DNA of 64,000 bases from Rhodosorus marinus CCMP1338. Taxonomy: Eukaryota > Plantae > Rhodophyta. The notes beneath the pieces are model-generated. The model did no database searches and was not told where the DNA came from. It worked only from the letters and a program-made list of their open reading frames with translations. The position numbers were made by a program, and so were the translations under genes. Positions 10,801 through 23,636 of the stretch are shown here, in pieces. The stretch lies in assembly GCA_029953675.1 (NCBI GenBank), contig JAMWBK010000003.1, positions 1,488,001-1,552,000 on the forward strand, in the 5' to 3' direction. Positions within the stretch are counted from its first letter, which is position 1; each line of letters begins with the position of its first letter.

Positions 10801-13381
10801 TGTAAAATTCTTAAAACTCCGAAAGAAATCGCGAGTACCTGAATATCCTTTACTTGGCTTTAACCACCTCGAGCGGTCATAGACCATGTGCAGAACAAGG
10901 ACAGTAAACCATCCAGATTGTGCGATACGTAGTTAATCGTTGCAAAGGCATTTTGGAAATGCATACACTTTCCAAACGTACTTGATCGTGCCTCACCAGG
11001 GACGCTCCGACTCCCCACCTGTGTTAAGACCCAAATTGCCAGGGACTTGCACTTTTCACGCACAGCTCTCGTACAAATGCAGGAAGAAGAAGAAGCCATT
11101 CCAAATCATGCCAGAATCGTCACTTTCCCAACTGCCCTCAAAGGGTTTTTTTTAGTACGAAATCCAGACCTTTTGTTCCTACGTAATGGTGCCTGTACCA
11201 TCCCACACAAATTGATTTTCTTTGAAAACGCCATGAATTGAGGACAATCCAATTAGCCATTACAAGTAGTAGTGGTTTGTGGACTTACAACGGCAGGCAA
11301 AAAGTTTCTAATTCACTGGGCCTCCAGAAATGTCTTTCTAACTTAACGCCAACAACCATCGCCCTCTTACCCCTCCTTTGGATTGGGGCCACTCCCTGAA
11401 TTCGTTCAAGTCCTCACCGTATTCAGTAGTAGGCATGCAAACCGTTCGCCCTAGGGGGTTCGTCTAAGATCATGTGCGGGCGATCGCAGAAGCAGAAGAG
11501 GGGTAGTTTTATTTCCCTGGTATATGCGAAACCTATTGAGGGGGAATCTGGAAAACTCAATTTCCAGTCCGGTTCGAAATAATAATTAAAAAACCACTAA
11601 TTGCATTCCGTAACAAAATAGAGTCCCGGTTTCTTCTATCATTTAATTACGATCCACATCGACAAACTCCCACCCCCTACTCTCGGTGTGGGCTGTGGGT
11701 GGCGCTCGGGATTCTTGTCTTTTTTTGACTAGTAATAACTTTTGTGTACATATTCTTGGGCCACCATCCTGTTCCACGCGCTAAGAAATCAAAAGCAACC
11801 CCCCCGTCAACGAAGAAGGTTTCTATTTATGTTTCGGACCACGTCGTAGGTGAGGTGAATGACTATGTTGGCGAGGTGGTTGCTTGGGCTTCCTGGAAAC
11901 TGGGCAGGGTCAAATAGTTAGTTTAAGTTGCAGACAACCTGTCTCTAGTTTATACGGTATAGAAGTACCTTAACAACGAGAGCAATAAATTATAAATTAA
12001 TAGTATCGCCCGTTCATAGATTTATACGGTACCTTGTCGGCAAAAAAAAAAAGAAGGCACGCAGGGCAACCGACAAATAGATGGAAGAGGCCCCGAAACG
12101 TGTCAGAGGTGCGATGCGCAGACAGTGAGAGAACCAATCATAAGTGTATATGCATTCTGTATTTGGTTTAATCGGGAAGAATTTATTGCTCAAGTTCGAA
12201 AAGTCTTATTCAAATTTAGAGTTTGGAATCAATGCTTTTGTTCCAAACTTACATTTAAGGGTGGAAAACATGAAAAAAATTTTAATTTACCTGTTTTGAT
12301 CTAGGCGAATGATGACGCGTGAAAGTAATATCCGGAAGAGTACTTATATATTATCTTTCTATACAGGATAACAAGTTCAATACACGACAACATAGTAGAT
12401 AGAGGATAACCTTTCACCCTCCAGAAACTAAGAAAATGGCCAGTTTCAGAGCTCCCTTCCAATTGAAACAAAGATAATCAATGAGATTCTCCAAAACAAT
12501 AAACAGAAGCCCATGAATTCGGCCCGCTTCAGTGTAAGAACCCATCAAAAAGTTTTTACTATCCAATATTAAGGTCGACTGGCCCTTTTTTTCCATTAGA
12601 AAGACTTCGAGACGGGCGACAGACCCACTGTTTACATTCAACCAGGGTATTGTTCATCGTTGTAACAGTAAATTAATGACAATACTGTCAATTATTTATG
12701 CTTTATGAAGGCGGTCGATGAAAAGCCCGTTCCGCGAATTTCCTTATTTGTCGGTGGGAACGCTCTCCAGTGTATGGCATTGTTGGGAATTGGCTTAGTG
12801 GGTGGGAGGTAAAAGAATAAGCTAAAAAACATTTATAAAACTCAAGCGTCGCCCGCTCTGGAGAGGTGTCCCCCGCCTTTCCTTTCCTTGCTCTGCTACG
12901 GCTTAACCCATTAAGATAAGTAATGTAACTTAGAAATAATTTTGGAAACAGAAACAACTTCACGCGGAATGTCAAGAGCCGGGTGGGTAGGAGAAAGGAA
13001 AAAGGGTTTTCGGGGGTGTGAACGTAGTAGTCTTCAAAACAGAGTGTGTTTTTTTTTCATTGATTTGCCAGCGCGAAAAGGGGGCTTTGGGAATAGATGA
13101 ACTCTTTTTTTTGAATTTCTGGGCACGTCCTTGTGAAGGTTGTAGGCTTGTTTCATTATTGGTTGTACAAATTCATTGTGTTTCTTTTGATTTTCTATTT
13201 TTGTTTGGAGGGGAGAGAGGCCGGAAAGGGATCGAGAATTGGTTTCATTAGCCATTCGACGCGGTTGGAGGAAGAGTAGATAAAGACGAAGATGAGGCTC
13301 GGCTGCCTGGTTTGTTGGGGGATGATCGCATGCTAGATGACCTAAGATTTGAGGAAGAGTTGTATTTGATTCTACGCCGAT

Positions 13382-13996
13382 ATGATGTATGCTGATTGTG
13401 AGGATGTCATCTTGAGTAACGTGATGCCCACGGATTTACCAAATGAGATCTCCCTGCTAAGCGAGGTTTCGGATGCTGACTTCGCTGGTCTCAACTCTGC
13501 TCCGTCGTCAGCCCAGATGCCGATTCAGAAGAGGGAGCAGGTGTTCCCGTGCCCTTGGGAGGGCTGTGGAAAGTCGTTCAACAAGAAGTACAATATGCAG
13601 ATGCACATGAGGCAGCACACGAACGAGAGGCCGTACGTGTGCTCAGTGAACGAGTGCAGGTTGAGCTTCAAGTGGCGCTCATCGCTTCGAAACCACTTGA
13701 GGTACCATTTCGCGGACGGTGTTGTACCAAAGGAGCTCCTGTCGCTGCCAGGGCGAAGCCGAAAGTCGGGCCCCAAGGCAGTCATTGCTAAGCGACCCGC
13801 GAAGGAGTTGCCACTCTCGTCCTTGGATAATACGCAGCAGAACATTGGAGAACTTCTGAATGGGAAGCAGATCACATCCAAGCAAGCTATGTTGAACTTT
13901 GAGGAGGTGATGTCGAGCTCAGTGAAAATGGAGGACCTCTTGCGCGGTCCAGTTCCAAACATCTACGACTCCGGTGCTGACATGTTTCAGCTATAA
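13382..13996 (+). CDS. C2H2 zinc-finger transcription factor (2 fingers), 204 aa, intronless
   Basis: FPCPWEGCGKSFNKKYNMQMHMRQH, HTNERPY linker, CSVNECRLSFKWRSSLRNHLRYH. Confidence 0.9.
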   Translation: MMYADCEDVILSNVMPTDLPNEISLLSEVSDADFAGLNSAPSSAQMPIQKREQVFPCPWEGCGKSFNKKYNMQMHMRQHTNERPYVCSVNECRLSFKWRSSLRNHLRYHFADGVVPKELLSLPGRSRKSGPKAVIAKRPAKELPLSSLDNTQQNIGELLNGKQITSKQAMLNFEEVMSSSVKMEDLLRGPVPNIYDSGADMFQL

Positions 13997-15169
13997 AAGA
14001 AGACCAAGGGGCTGGACTGATTGTTCTGTCTGCCTGGTGGTCAACCTTTCCGATTTTGATCACCACATTTGTTGTGAATAGAGTGGTGCTGACTGCAGTG
14101 TCTAAGACACGATTTTTCCGGAAGCGGTCAGCCTGGAATATATAAGATCCAGCGATGTTTCTGTGTACTTTAAAAAAAGGAGCCCCCCCAATTTTGCTGA
14201 GTAAAAGCTATGCATACGATTTCTGTCAATTTGTCTCAGCCTGGCGATAGAATTGATAGCTTTGTGAGGACAGACAACCCCGTAAGAGGTGCACAGGATG
14301 ACCAAAATCTCCAGCGAGCACCAACTACTTACCTTCTACCTTACAAATTTCACTCACACCCACACAACATCCTATTCAAACAAATCAGTCGCTTACATTC
14401 CTTCAAAGACCCTTTCTTTGAAGGCAGTAGCGCACGGCGGATACGTTCCCTCTCTAGGAAGATCAACATAGGTCAACCCGTTCTGGCTGGAGATAACAAA
14501 GCCTGTTCCAGTTGCTGACAAGAATTTTGCTCGGAATCAACAACGACGCCATACAAAAAAAAAATAAACAAACAAAAAAGTCTGAAAACACAAAGCAGCT
14601 CCCCAATTCTCCTGGAAACGCCACCTCAATATAACTCACCCAATAGGGGCCGTGTGACCTCTATACAGTCACACACACCCGGAAATCAAAAAACAAAAAC
14701 AAATGAATCTTTTATGTACTCGTGAAATTACGATGAAATATCTTCTCCTTCAATAGAATCTCATCCGCAAAATTGGATTTCTCCTCTGAAGAAGAAAGTA
14801 CTTAGTTTAGTACCTTTACAACAACGCGCTTTCCTTGTCGATCATTTTTCAACGAATTTAATCAATAACCAAAAACCTTCGAAAACGTTTTTGTTTTTCC
14901 AGAAGTTCAGCGGAGTCCAGTTGAAGGCGTTGTTAGTTGCTGAAATGTTCATTCACGTTTCTAACAAAATGAGCACAATTCTACAGTAATCTGAATTAAA
15001 ACGAAAATCGATCGATTTATTGTATATACAATAGGAATATGAAAAATTTGTTGGCGCACCCAATAAATTCATTGTAGAAATATGGTATTTATTGATATAA
15101 ATTTCATTTTTAGATATAATGATATAGTTTTTACTGTTCTTATTCGTCGTTGTTTGGATTGTTCCAGTG

Positions 15170-17200
15170 CGTTTTGAAGCCATCGCGGTTTCGCCAAAGG
15201 CGTTGGGTGACGCCTCCACAGGATTGTGGTCTGAGTCCGGGAGCGCGGAGATGAAGTCAAAACAAGGGCCGAAGAGATACTCCTGTAGCGCTTGTGACTC
15301 TAGCAAACATCCAATTTGGCAGTTGTGTGGGCTGACGTCCGTCTTTTGAATGCGCTCGGCCGGACTAGGAAACAAATAGGACCACGTCAATTGGCGATGT
15401 GCATTTCGAAACTCAGGCAGTTTAAACCATGCTGAGAAGCATGACATGGGAGCCATACTGTTCAACAAACGCGAAGCGTCCAGACCTGGATCGTGAATCT
15501 CTTTTCGTGCCCTCTGCGGGATACAACGAGCGTATGTACGTGTCAATTTCGTTCTTTTTCCGATCAGCGCCTGTGCTGAACAGGGTATGGGCTAACCACG
15601 ATTTGCGGTGCTGGCATATTATTAGATTACCGGAACCGTGATGTCCCGTTTCCGGAATGCATCGGATGCTTTGTAAAATTCAAACGTTGTGAAGTTGTTG
15701 TACCGTTCTTTTACGAATAATTGATCAGAAGAATGCCGGCAAGCTTTGGTGTTTGACCCGCAATGTGACGAGTGCGTCACAGTGTGCTGTGCGGGCTTGG
15801 ACTGTGGTGGTATCTGAAGAAGACGAGCTCATCAGAAAAAACAAGTCAATCCCTTCCTAGCTCTAAGCTCGCCGGTGCTCTTGTTCTGGATAATATAGCT
15901 GAACGGAATATAGTGATGCGGCGGGGTTACCACATGCTGCTGAACTTTGACAAGCTCTGGGATTAAAAGAGCCCAACCCACAAGCTTCCTCCCTCGTGAT
16001 GTAACCTGATACTCGCACAGTGATCACCCTAGGCCAAGAGAGTACAATAAAATCTCAGCAGTCCATGCCTTTTACGCCGAAGCGTTCGCTTGTGCGGATG
16101 TCCTTCAAAACATCCGCACAAGCGAACGCCGCTTCGGAACATGCACTCACTACAAGTGACAACTCGCCATGCTCCAGCAAGACGTGAGGACTCTTTGTCA
16201 ACATAAACAACAACCATTGAGATACTTGAGGACTAGTAGCATAGGTCGAGGATAAACTCGTCGCAATGTTCATGGTTGGATATATTAGAGAGCGTCCGCA
16301 TTCACGGAGGGATGGAACAAGACTGCCTTTTAAGCATGAGAGTATCATCTTTTTGCCTGATCCAGCCCAACCACGATGAAGGACAGATGTCATTTGTCTT
16401 GACTGTGTTGCTACCTTGGCAGCAGCCTGGCAGACTTGTAATTGAAGCTCCTAATAACCAGTTGTGCGATCTGGCTTTGGTAAATCCTAAACACAGGGCA
16501 TTGAATCGGAATTTACGAAGCCTCTCGTCTTGAAGACTTGTTCGAAGGGGTGCTAGGAAATCTTGATGATGATTTTAAGGGGTACGGGGATCGATTACCG
16601 AACATGCTGAGTTGCTGTCTCCTTCCTACGGAGAAAAACTTGCCATCCTCATCTGTGCAGTTGGGAAATCTAATATCGCGCGGCCGGGAAGCAACCGAGT
16701 GCGGCATACTGAATGCTAACCTGCAATACTAGTTCTCGGGCAATGTCCTCTTCTGGGCCAAAATAGGAGGCAATTCGTTGGGCCTGAACGTATGTGGCGA
16801 ACGCGTCAACCCTTGAGGGTTCTCGTGTTTCAACGGCTAGACTCGTTCGCGACTAAGTTTCTTGTTCTTAGGTTTCGCGCATAGACGGACTAAGGTCGAC
16901 CGCTACCAAACTTCACTTCGGACGTGGCGAAGGCGTTAACTTCAAGTAGCCTTCTGCATCACCTTCAGCTTCTCGCTATCCAGCCGGCAGGCTCGCACAC
17001 GAATCCCTTTAGCATCTCACAGTTCGCGGATAGCCTCAATGTATTGGACAACAACCAAACTGCCTCCCAGGCGCGCTCGGACACACTCTCATAAGCTTTC
17101 CACAAAGGCTTGACAAGCGCGCAGACCACAAGAGGACTATCACTAAAAGCTTGCGTCCGTTGGGCGGCAAACTGACTTCATCAAAGACGGCATATCCAAT
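15170..17200 (+). mobile_element. Probable decayed non-LTR (LINE-like) retroelement relic
   Basis: Knuckle-like CSACDSSKHPIWQLC, then fragments resembling RT motifs in order: MLLNFDKLWD (about FLDF.KAFD), IHGGMEQDCLLS (about GV.QGC.LSP), LCDLALVNPK (about GL.IN..K). No recognisable YADD motif; many stops. Confidence 0.4.
16077..16137. repeat. Perfect 20-bp inverted repeat (8-nt loop), extendable to about 25 bp with a 3-nt bulge
   Basis: gcgttcgcttgtgcggatgt (16082-16101) is the exact reverse complement of acatccgcacaagcgaacgc (16110-16129). Flanking ccgaagcg / cgcttcgg also pair. Confidence 0.95.
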
Positions 17201-18144
17201 AATCGGATCCTAGCTTTCCCTCTATGAATTTAATCTGTATTGTTGCCTGCCCCACCATTAACACTCTTTGATGATTCACGATTGATGGCCAAAATTGATT
17301 CCACCAAGCACGAATCTTGGCGCTGACGGGGAAGGTTTCCGTTAGTTATCGATTTTTTTTGATTGATAGTCGTGCTAACTTGGAGGTATATTATTGCTCA
17401 GATACCTGAACAACAAAAAACTCTGAACATTAATTGGCTAAAAACGAAAATATTGATTAGATACAAGACCTCCTGCCCAGTAAGAAGAGTCTAGCAATGA
17501 ATATCTTCCGCGGTTTTTGTTTATATAGGATAATAATAAAATAATCAATTTTCATCCGCCAACCATGTTCAAGATACTTTCGAGATTTTTTTTTCTCCCG
17601 CAGCGAATGCTCCATACGTGCTTCCCTTTGGCTGCAAAATAGTTTAGTCTGCACCCCCCCTTTAGATGGAACCAAAAATAAGATATATTTCTTTTTAAAA
17701 TATTTAAAAGATTAATCTACGGAGCTCGGCTGCAACCCTAGGGTCGAAAAAACCCGAGCGTTGGAGGAGCTCGCTTTTACCCGAAGACTTCTACCAAGGG
17801 GTATCAACAAGCTACCAAAAGTAACAAAGTTCTTATTGTAATAAAATGTGGGGAACATTGACATCACTGGGGTGGGGCAAAACAAGGGGTAGATGGTGCA
17901 ATAGAATAAGCTAAAAGTATGAGGCAAGTTGCTGTTTCGTTGCATTCCGAATTTCTGGTAGTCGCTACCCTAGGTTGGGGCATATAAAGCATTGAGGGGA
18001 AGCTTGGGGGGAGTGGGGGGTTGAAAAGGGTTTGGATGGAGAGGATGAAGATGGATTGTTGACGAAGAATTTACTGAGGAAGTTCGTTTAGTTTAAGGGT
18101 GTTGGAGTATTGGGTGAGGGACTGTTTGGATAAAGTAAGGGAAG

Positions 18145-18635
18145 ATGGAAAGAGGACGAGGGAGTCATGGCGAGGTCGGGTTTGTTATGACCCCTACGAT
18201 TTTGAGTGCAGGTGCGGCTGTAGCTGCCCTGACGTACAGGTTGTTGAGTGGTAATGAAGTTGAGACAGCCGAGAGAGAGGACAGGAGGCCCTGCGGGAAG
18301 TGTGGTGGGACGGGATATGTGGAATGTTTTTGTACGAGATGGGATTATTCAGCAGCAAGTGGAGTAGAAAGTAGGTTGAACCCTTTTTCTTGCTTGGAAT
18401 TCTAAGCGACGGGGAAAAATAGAACGTTGTTGATGACTTACGCTTTGTCCATGTTTGCTTTCTACTCATAGGGGCAGGATGCAATACATGCCGGGGAAGC
18501 TTGAGGGAGAGATGTCCTGGCTGCAACGGAAGTGGGGGGTTGAAAGTGCAGGCAATGCAACCGGCGGTGATTCCGGCAAGAGTAGACCGAGGGTCTCCGT
18601 ACAAGTTCTCGGTTGCACCCTTTTCTCTGAAGTGA
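18145..18635 (+). CDS. DnaJ-type (CxxCxGxG) zinc-finger protein without a J domain, about 115-129 aa
   Basis: Exons 18145-18370 and 18472-18635 (GTAGGT...CATAG): PCGKCGGTGYVECFCTRWDYSAASGVE|RAGCNTCRGSLRERCPGCNGSGG. N-terminal hydrophobic stretch ILSAGAAVAALTYRLL; the start could be ATG 18187. Confidence 0.8.
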
Positions 18636-20310
18636 TGTGCTGAGATGGTGTTCAAAAGGAGTGCTGTATTATAGTCAGAATTATTGGGCAAATAGTTTCA
18701 TCAACAAGTTGTGTATAGTTATGGTAGATATTTGAAATGATTCTTTAACAGAGGTCAATGGTGAGAGGGAAAGGGGGAGGGAGGTTTGGTGTTGGTTCAT
18801 GAACTAGCGGAAAGTCAAGAGCTGAATTTGCTCGCGGATTGTTTAGTAGAGCAAATACCTTATGGTACGAAGAGAACGTCTTGATAATGCTAGAGGCCAA
18901 AAAGCTTCACCGAGATCGTAAATTGTTTATTGGAACAAAGATAATTTAAAGAGAATCATTTTAGTAACCCTTCGCCTGCGTGGGAGGAAACTGCATCCTA
19001 CAGTGAACGATCTACAAAGTGAAGCCTTGGGAGACATGACTACTTTCTCGTTATACTTCCGACTACCAAACGCAGAAGGGGTGATTGCGTGTTGTGTTGC
19101 GGGGACTCCGATACTGAGACGTCCTAACCGTTCATGGAGCGCGCTTCCCGCACCCGCGGACGAGCGGTTGCGTCCAGATCAGTTTCTATTGTGCACCAAC
19201 CGAAAGCCGGGGTTTCACGAAATGCCCTCATTCCGTCTCAACCGTGAGCGATGGTAATCCTAGTCTTCCTTGTCGAGACCCAATGTCTTTTTCAAATATA
19301 CTGCAATCGTGCATGAACGGATAGATGGCATTCCTTCTCCTCCGGCGTTCCTCGATGTTGCTTGACTGGAACCTATTTCAAGAACACACAGGCCATTTCA
19401 CACTGCGATTGGACATGCCAGGTATGCAATTCACACCTTCCCTAATCAAAAGTACTCCCGCTTATGTTTAACAACGGTCCACTGGAGGCCGAACAATGGA
19501 TGCTCCCGACCGGATTGTCTCGTATCTGCAAGCAGGGAGACACAAAGTCAAAGAGGTGGAGAGCATTTGTATTTGAGAAACCTGATGTGGAATTACACGG
19601 CAATCCTTCACCAACTGCTCACCGTTCCTCTCTACTTCCACAAAAAAAACAAAGTAAAGGATACAATCCCAAAAACAAACACAACAGACGACACAGTAGT
19701 GACTACCACCACTAGTAAAAGAGACAGACCTTGCGAAGTTGGCTTAATATTCCCAACCCTAACAAAAACTTCATATATCAGCGGGAATTTAACTTTATCG
19801 TATATACACTAAAAGTACGTAAAATATGACAAAATATACAATATTTCTAAAACAATCAACGTTCTTATGATAAAAACTGTATGTCGTTACACGATTGCTT
19901 TTTTATAACTAAACATGATTTGCAAGAAGATGACATAATTATTTTAAAAATATTAAATGGATATCAGACGGAAACCGAGATTGATTGGCTGGATGGTGAG
20001 AGAATAAGCTCATTTTGCTTTTATTTTAAGAGGCATCCATTGAAAAATGGATTTGGAGTCTTTAATTTTAATTTTTGTCTTCAATTAAGGCGACCAAATG
20101 TGGTTTTTTTGGAAGAATGGAGTTTTGAGGGGAATTGTTTTATTTCAAAATACATTTTGAGTTGACGCAGAAGAAGACTTGAGAAAAAGAGGTGTGGTTA
20201 TTTGGGGATTGTGGAGGTGCTTTTTGGTGGTTTTGGTGGGGGATGATGTGGGTTTGTGGGGTTTAGGGTCTTTTGTTTGGAGTGAGAGGAGAGGGAGTGA
20301 GGAGGGTTTG

Positions 20311-20340
20311 CTGTTGTTGTTGTTGTTGTTGTTGTTGTTG
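20311..20340 (+). repeat. (TTG)n microsatellite in a 5' leader
   Basis: ctgttgttgttgttgttgttgttgttgttg is read directly. Confidence 0.95.
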
Positions 20341-20393
20341 AGACTGGTTAGGAGAGACGTTCGTGTATAGCTGGAGTTTATTATTTAGGGGAT

Positions 20394-21339
20394 ATGGGTT
20401 ACGCCGAGGTTGTTCCGACGAGGAAGAAGGTGTATGGGTCGTGGTTGGTGCTGTTACAAACCTTCACTGTGGTATGGACTGGAGTCTAGCTCTCTACTAA
20501 ATGTATCGAGCCTGCATTTCAAGGAATCTAAAAGTCGCTGATGGCTCTTGTATTGCTGTTAGATATCTGCATTGCTGGTCTTGACCTGGACCGCAATTTT
20601 CGTTGCGAGGCAGGGCACGGGAACGAGATATCCCAACAATCGCTTCGTCTCTGAGGTTGTTGACCCTGGAGTCGCTTTGCCCCTGGAAGGTGCTCCATCA
20701 GCACAAGTTCGGCTGCTCGACGGGACTTTCACTGGCGGCTGGCCGTATGCAAACAATGTTCTCCGCCTTTTCGCATCATCCTTTGGTGTGTTTATTGTTG
20801 CTCTTCAGGTGTGCACCCCTTCTCGATGTTCTCACCCATCCACTGTTCTCACTCGGTCGCTGTACGTTCTTTCTGGATTGTCGCAGATGTACTTAGCCGT
20901 TTTCCTCAACAAACCCAAGTACTTCATGCTCATGACCGTCTTGTTCGTTCTTACCGCAATCTTCTCCGGTGTATCGTGGATTCTCGACGCGACTATTATC
21001 ACAAGCGTAAACGAAGAATGTGATGCAGAAGTCTGCACGTTAGGAATTCCTGACGAGCTGTAAGCACGAACTCTGACTCACATACTGCTGAACCTGATGA
21101 TGCATTCTCATCGGCCTTCCAGCCCTAACTCACGTTGAACATCATCGCGCTGTCTTTGCCTTGAAAGGGTGGGAGACAGTTTCATCTGTGCTTGTCAATT
21201 AGAAGTCTACACGTACACGACGTTAGCTTTAAATGTCCTCTTCTTTGTGAGCGCCTGTACCGTATCGGTCTACCTTCTGGTCGTCTCGCTGCGCGGAAGT
21301 GTAAGCAAGGCACCAAAATTGGCAGCCGTTCATTCATAA
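20394..21339 (+). CDS. Four-TM membrane protein (MARVEL/tetraspan-like topology), about 222 aa
   Basis: Exons 20394-20471, 20563-20808, 20887-21059 and 21168-21339 with GT-AG introns give a continuous frame. Four hydrophobic helices; the Cys-rich loop ECDAEVC...ICAC lies between TM3 and TM4. Confidence 0.7.
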
Positions 21340-21549
21340 TGTACTTAAGCTTCCATATTGACCTCTACTCAAACCCATTCAGGCGAAGCCAAAGGAAGTC
21401 TAGCAAGACGTGCGCAGCAGATTCAACTGACGAAGGTAGAAAACTATGAACGACGAGAATCTGGCCTTGCTAGAGTGTTCTGGGGTTTTTCGTTAACGTC
21501 GGAAAATCTAATTGTATATTGCTGCCGCTAATCACCAGTCTCTCGACTC

Positions 21550-23250
21550 AACGATTAGTGCATTTACAGGAAATTATACTCTGAAGGCTACTCTAAAGTC
21601 GACGTTACCCGAACAATCGGGTAGCTTTTAAGCGGCTATCATCTTCTGGCATCAACTCTAGCGGGGGAGGTATGGACAACTCCCAATAAACGGAAATTTT
21701 TTTAACCCGGTCAGATTCTGGTGAACACCCGTGGAATCGTGGGTGTTGGGGGTTAGCTGCCAATCCAAAGGGCATCATAAACCATTCGCACGGGCTGGAA
21801 TAGCTCGATAAATGCGGTCCTCGGTAGATCGAGTTCTCAACCTCAAATCTTCCAGAACCCACAATCGAGGTCAATGTCTTTGAGAAAGCCCTCTGCCAAA
21901 GGCCATCCAGACAATCGTCAATTGTTGGTGTATTCCACTTTGGCAGCCTTTTCTTGACGAATCGTCAGGGCAGTCTCATCGCGCCCTAGTAAGAACGAGG
22001 TGGACAATAATCGTCCCAGAAGCTTTCGTGTCTCTAAATTTCTGTGGCAGCGATGGTATCAGTGCCTCCGCTGTTTGGCCGTCCTATTGATTCAATGCAA
22101 TCGTGTTCCTTGAAAAGAGGCGCGAGTTTCGCGGTGCAACCCCTAGCTGCCAAACCTAGGCGCAAGGCGAAAAGGCGACGATTTCGAAAATTGATTCCCC
22201 ACTGCCAACCAAATGTCCATCATGGAGACTAATAGAGAAATAGTTTTCCCCAACATTAAAAACCTATTCATACACCAAATCAGGTCGCCATTAGCCCATC
22301 CGTCGCTCCCACAACATCCAGTACGTGGGCTTCGTCGGGGGGTCCACAACCGTTTCTCGTCCTCGACTGAGCAGCTGCTCCTAGTGACCACATCAGAATG
22401 CCACAGGCAAGTCCCCACAACCTTAAAAGAGTGCTGAAGCAAGTCCACACCGTTGGCAAATGTGACCAAGCCGAAGCCCAGCATTAAGAAATGTCTTCCC
22501 TGTGAGTATAAAGGTAGATGCTGATGCGTGCGTCCAGCAGCAAACAGCGCTCGAACGCCAGAGAGTCAGAGACAGCTCCGTGAGGGGGCTGTCAAGACGG
22601 CTGGGGGCATTGTGAAAAACAGAACGAAGCCAGCGAGAAGCAGTCCGTCTAAAAGACCCAAGCACTCATAGATCAGCAAGACTACCGTAGCAAAGGGTCC
22701 CTGTCTGGGGTTATGCCATTTGCGCGGGGCCTTTTGCCACAGTAATCACAGATGACGCGTGCGTAACTTCGCTTCTGAAATGCCTGGGCCGTGGCCGGTA
22801 CGAGCGGTCTGAGCCTGTGCCTGTACCTAGGTCCCTTGTTTTGCGGTTCGGTGAAGGACAGAATTAGAAAGCGACGAAGATAGATTTGGGATACGAACTT
22901 AAATTGCGACATATTATCTTGGAGAAAAGCTGAATTTAAGAAGAACTTGGGAGCGAGGACAAACTCTAGGTTCACAACCTTTCAGCAAAACTAATAGTTT
23001 TCAAGTAAAACAGGCTGTCTTTCAACTTCAATTAGGACAAAATCTTTCTAAAATTGGAAGGAGAAAATATAGACAGACTGTCAAATAAATCGGGGTGGAA
23101 ATGTAGACAAGCTGTCCTGTAAAATCGGAGTTGAAAATGGGGATTTTGAATGGAGCACGGTTGGTGGTTGGGTTGGGCACTCTTTCCAGCGGAGGAAGGA
23201 GCAGCTCGATGAAAATTAGGGGGGAGGGGAGAACGAGCGGCTTCATTGAG
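21550..23250 (-). mobile_element. Decayed Ty3/Gypsy relic (gag to RT)
   Basis: On the minus strand, in order: KIPIFN (gag-like), VICDYCGK (broken knuckle), KSSPFRLAP, PTIDDCLDGL..AFSK, DIDLDCGFWKI, DLPRTAF, EWFMMPFGL. These match the Gypsy RT pattern PRIDDLLD.L..A..FSK.DL..GYWQI...D..KTAF....YEF..MPFGL, broken by frameshifts and stops. Confidence 0.75.
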
Positions 23251-23636
23251 TTTGGAGAGGGAGAGGGATATCGTTGAACTGGGAGCGGTGAAAACAGAGC
23301 AGGTTCACTAGGAAGAAATGGTTGATATATGATCGTTTTGGGGTTTCGTTAGTTTGGTGAGGGTACCGGGTTCTGGAAGTAGTTGTTTTTGTCTTGTGGC
23401 AGAAATTTTCTTTTACTGTTGAGGGGTCTTAAGGGGAGTTTAAGGTTCATTTTCCATGAGGAAAACCTGTACTGGGGGCAACTTTTTCCTAGATTTGAGG
23501 GGATAGGGGCAGTGGAGATATAAGCGTGTTGTTGTTTTAGGTTGTTTGGAGTAACGCTCAGTGTTAGTCCGGAGGGCTGAGGTTTTCGAGATGGGAGGTG
23601 TGGTACGGGTGTTCTGCTTTTGGTAGGAGCTGAATA

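Noticed and set aside
11560-11590. GGTTCGAA T-loop/B-box-like string
   Set aside because: The flanks do not fold into a cloverleaf and there is no A-box; no tRNA called anywhere in the window.
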